A DNA stretch of 32,000 nucleotides from Trichodesmium erythraeum IMS101. GTDB lineage: Bacteria; Cyanobacteriota; Cyanobacteriia; Cyanobacteriales; Microcoleaceae. The position numbers and the translations under genes are program-made. The stretch spans positions 300,001 to 332,000 of the forward strand of contig NC_008312.1 in assembly GCF_000014265.1 (NCBI RefSeq). Reading direction: 5' to 3'. A model generated the notes under the pieces. The model saw nothing but the letters and a program-made list of their open reading frames with translations. It searched no databases and was not told where the DNA came from. This document shows, piece by piece, positions 28,879-32,000 of the stretch (positions within the stretch are counted from its first letter, which is position 1; every line of letters starts with the position of its first letter).

Positions 28879-29292
28879 TTATTCTTCCATCTCCGAGTCA
28901 TAACCATTAGTCTCATGGTCTTTCTCATTATCTATTTGTTTCAAATGAATATGTTTGTATCCTAGTCTGATTTCAAATTCATCTCCTGGTTTTAATCCCA
29001 TAGTTTCAGTATAAGTAGCTCCTATAACAATTTGGCCATTTTTATGAACACTAACTCGATAAGTTGGTTCCCTACCCCGACCATCTTTATTACCACTCTT
29101 GTCTAAAGGAACCCCTTTTGCTGCTAAAATTGCGTCATAAAAATCTGTAAGATTAACACGAGTTTCATCACTTTTTGTGAGTGTGTAATATCCACAACGT
29201 TTAGCAGTTTCCCTTCGCGGTAAGTCAGAAAGTTCTTTTACCTTTTGCAGCAAAGATTTTCCCGTCAGTGGAGTTTCTGTATTTTCAACCAT
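28879..29292 (-). CDS. Cyanobacterial AbrB-family transcriptional regulator (cyAbrB, CalA/CalB type)
   Basis: The C-terminal SpoVT/AbrB swapped-hairpin motif is RVSVHKNGQIVIGATYTETMGLKPGDEFEIRLGYKHIHLK. The N-terminal domain is typical of cyAbrB proteins. At 137 aa, with the AbrB domain at the C-terminus, it has the cyanobacteria-specific arrangement. Confidence 0.88.
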   Translation of the reverse strand: MVENTETPLTGKSLLQKVKELSDLPRRETAKRCGYYTLTKSDETRVNLTDFYDAILAAKGVPLDKSGNKDGRGREPTYRVSVHKNGQIVIGATYTETMGLKPGDEFEIRLGYKHIHLKQIDNEKDHETNGYDSEMEE

Positions 29293-30129
29293 AGTTCTTG
29301 ATAATTCTCCTTAACTCTATAGCTACTATAGTAAATCAATTTTAGTAAAAATTGTTAGGGTTATTAAAAATATATACTTAAACTTATCAATTGTACAAAA
29401 AAAATTTTACTAAGCCTGAAGGCCAATAATATTTTAGTAAATAATCTTGATTTTCTGAATGCACAACTTACCTTTCTAGTTAAATTTAAATTATCTCCTA
29501 ATTTGTCATATAACAATACTATTTTGATGTTGTCTAAAATCTTGTAACTTTTTGGGGATAGGTTTGGAGTAATCCTAGAAATGAGCAAAAGTCTCGGAGC
29601 TGATTTTTAGTTTTTAATTGTGATAACCTAAAATATAGAGGCGATTGTTATAGTTATTATCTGATGAATACAGTGGATTTTTATTATCACAAATTAGTCG
29701 TCAATTTTGGGAAACAATTGTGCTTTTATATCTAATGTTGCTTAATTTTAATTTGACTAATTTTGATTTTTGTGAAAAAATAAATAGACCTATTTCAAAA
29801 AAATACTTATTGTCATGGCTTTAAAACAATAGACTTTTCTTTTATTATCATTTTTGATCCCGTTAATTTTACTAAAAATCTATTTTTTATCGTGATTTTA
29901 AGTGAAAAATATCCTTAATTTATTTCAATTATTTCCTAACCAATACATTCCTGTATTTATTGATTGGATACCAAATTTTGCCAAATAAATATTCAGAATC
30001 ATTGTCAAAAAAAAGTGCGATATTCCGAAGTGCTTGTTGCTCTTTTATTTTCTATTTATTTTCATTAAAAGTCACATCTAGATCACAATGTACTTGATTT
30101 GATATTAACCAATATTCTCTAGTTTTTTT

Positions 30130-30462
30130 CCCAAATATTTTTGATGTTAATAGTTGACCACTAATATAATATAAAGTTAGCTACATAGTTCTAAGGTCTC
30201 AAGACAGTAACAAAACCTATCAAAACAAACAAATGTTACACTAAATTGCCACGATCTTAAAACAGCCAAGGATTTGAAAATAATTAACTATTAGGAGTTA
30301 TTAAGCCAAAGGTAAAATTTTAAGGATGTGCCCATAACACCATAACAAGTTGCGTTTAAGGCAGGAGCACATGTGGAAGTGAAAGTCTGACGTCTTACCC
30401 CTGTTTTTCAAAACGATCAGACTCTATAAAGGGCAACCGGAAATGGGTTTGTTTAGTTTAAC
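30130..30462 (+). mobile_element. Second, shorter remnant of the same group II intron family (3' part: HNH tail, degenerate domains V-VI)
   Basis: Collinear by-eye similarity to 23640-23971. Examples: TCTAAGGTCTCAAGACAGTAACAAAACCTATCAAAACAAAC vs TCCGAGGTCTAAAAGTGATGATAACAAATATAAAAACAAAC; GGAGCACATGTGGAAGTGAAAGTCTGACGTC vs GGAGCCTGACGGGATAAAAGTCTAACGTCC; CTATAAAGGGCAACCGGAAATGGGTTTGTTTAGTTTAAC vs CTATAAAGAATTACCGGAAATAGGTTTATTTAGTCTAAC. Similarity ends at the same ...TAAC terminus. Confidence 0.6.
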
Positions 30463-30833
30463 TAATCATGTTAATCAATTTGGTTGCTTGATATTAGTAC
30501 TAACTTTTAATTACTAAAGACTAAAAATATACTAGACAAATATCTACAAAATGTCTCTGCAAATTAAAAAAAATCACCAATTTGCAAATAGGGCATATAA
30601 CATTATTGACATTCCGACACAGACCATGCTATTATTATATAATATATAATTATAATTAAAATATCAAAATCCTTTGAAAATCTTAGAAGTAAAAAGATAT
30701 TTTTGAGGAACTTGGAGAATTATATTTACGAATAATCGAATAATAGATTTTATAAGATTTTTGTAGATTTCTGAGAACGGTAGAAAATAGTATCCAAAGG
30801 TTGAATAATTGATTGGAGTGACATAGGAGGAAA

Positions 30834-31637
30834 ATGCACAATTTTATCCCACCAGATAGATTTTTTCCCTATCTGACCTGGCAAGATATTGAGACAATGC
30901 CAGATAAAGAAAATGTAGTAATTATTCAACCAGTAGGTTCTATTGAACAACACGGGCTTCATTTACCCTTAATTGTTGATTCGGCGATCGCCACTTATGT
31001 TACAGGTAAAGCACTTGAAAAACTAGAGAAGAATATCCCTGCGTATGCTTTGCCCACCCAATATTATGGCAAATCTAACGAACATTGGCATTTTCCTGGT
31101 ACTATTACCCTCTGCGCCCAGACTTTGATGGCTATTTTGACAGAAACAGGAGAAAGTCTATATCGAGCTGGGTTCCGCAAGTTGGTATTTTTAAACGCCC
31201 ATGGTGGGCAACCTCAAGTTCTTAAAATTGTGGCACGAGACTTGCACCAAAAATATGAGGATTTTTTACTATTTCCGCTCTCAGCTTGGAGGGTACCTAA
31301 CCCTTGTCAAGAATTATTGACCGAGAAGGAAATGGAATTAGGAATTCATGCCGGAGATGCTGAAACAAGTGTAATGCTATCAATGTTGCCAGATGTGGTG
31401 AAGATGGATAAAGCGGTGTGTGAATATCCTCAAGGTTTGCCAGAAGAAAGTATGTTGAGTATGGAGGGAAAGTTGTCTTTTGCTTGGTTGACGCGAGAGT
31501 TGACTCATAGTGGTGTATTGGGCGATGCCACGGTGGCGACTAAGGAAAAAGGCGATCATATACTTGACGGTTTGACTAATAGTTGGGCGAAGTTGATTAG
31601 AGATCTTTATAAGTTTCGGCAGCCAAGTTTAAGTTAA
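30834..31637 (+). CDS. Creatininase-family amidohydrolase
   Basis: Family motifs: GSIEQHGLHLPLIVD, NAHGGQ and HAGDAETS. TAGGAGG lies just upstream of the ATG. Confidence 0.9.
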   Translation: MHNFIPPDRFFPYLTWQDIETMPDKENVVIIQPVGSIEQHGLHLPLIVDSAIATYVTGKALEKLEKNIPAYALPTQYYGKSNEHWHFPGTITLCAQTLMAILTETGESLYRAGFRKLVFLNAHGGQPQVLKIVARDLHQKYEDFLLFPLSAWRVPNPCQELLTEKEMELGIHAGDAETSVMLSMLPDVVKMDKAVCEYPQGLPEESMLSMEGKLSFAWLTRELTHSGVLGDATVATKEKGDHILDGLTNSWAKLIRDLYKFRQPSLS

Positions 31638-31638
31638 G

Positions 31639-31672
31639 GAATTCATAAGTCAGAATTCAGCAGTTTTTTTTT
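31639..31672 (+). terminator. Possible terminator after the creatininase-family gene
   Basis: GAATTC (31639-31644) pairs with GAATTC (31653-31658) around an 8-nt loop. It is followed 5 nt later by a run of nine T (31664-31672). The stem is short and the spacing is non-canonical. Confidence 0.3.
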
Positions 31673-32000
31673 GAACGGTATGGTAGTGAGGAACCCTCTA
31701 TAAAAAATAAATAGATTGAGAATAATATCATGTTCGGATGATCACTTATAATAAAGCCAAAATCATTAAATTAGATATGTTCATATATTCTGGCCAAAGG
31801 AATTGCTCCCTTACCCTGCTCTTTGTACAGCAGTATTCTCAAGATCGAACATGAACCCACGTCTAATTGAGATAGCTCACGAGCAACCTTACTGTTACCT
31901 TAGTTTACTAGTTTACTCCTATTTCTTACCAAATTTATTTTGTCAGCGATCCCTGAGGCCTATTTGTTGTCAGACAATTCCGTTAGTACGATCTAATTGC

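Noticed and set aside
29364-29588. 74-aa ORF upstream of the cyAbrB gene, and the 70-aa ORF at 30750-30962(-)
   Set aside because: Both give Ile/Leu/Lys/Phe-rich translations typical of chance ORFs in AT-rich DNA, with no start context. The second overlaps the creatininase-family gene start.

Overview
This is an AT-rich cyanobacterial chromosomal segment. The cyanobacterial assignment rests on 11 perfect HIP1 octamers (GCGATCGC) found by eye, a cyAbrB-type regulator and the overall gene content. Coding density is unusually low: my intact CDS calls sum to about 17 of 32 kb. That, plus the IS copies and group II intron debris, fits a Trichodesmium-like filamentous cyanobacterium, but this assignment is inference only.

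Intact genes:
- 3' part of an OppF/DppF-type ABC ATPase
- class V PLP enzyme
- a MOD1/V4R-like protein translationally adjacent to an orphan PAS histidine kinase
- SDR oxidoreductase
- secreted NTF2-like protein
- murG
- an MscS-type channel with a C-terminal DEP domain
- cobL (cbiE/cbiT fusion)
- a DUF1868/2H-phosphoesterase-like protein, head-to-head with holA
- a modular membrane protein followed by a GHMP kinase
- a cyAbrB regulator
- a creatininase-family hydrolase

Mobile and decayed DNA:
- two 100% identical IS630-family copies in direct orientation, bracketing a 5.75 kb cassette
- a decayed group II intron that retains domain V and frameshifted RT/X/HNH remnants
- a second, shorter remnant of the same intron family
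- a decayed tandem copy of the GHMP kinase gene, carrying an IS remnant with a target-site duplication and a MITE-like insertion
- a three-piece sulfotransferase pseudogene
- several perfect short tandem duplications (61, 15 and 11 bp)

I found no rRNA or tRNA gene, no CRISPR array and no recognisable defence operon. The most unusual items are the MscS-DEP fusion, the IS-bracketed MOD1/kinase cassette, and the layered gene and mobile-element decay in long ORF-free tracts. Some of those tracts remain unexplained: 575-2260, 3378-4604, 21467-22190 and 29293-30000.
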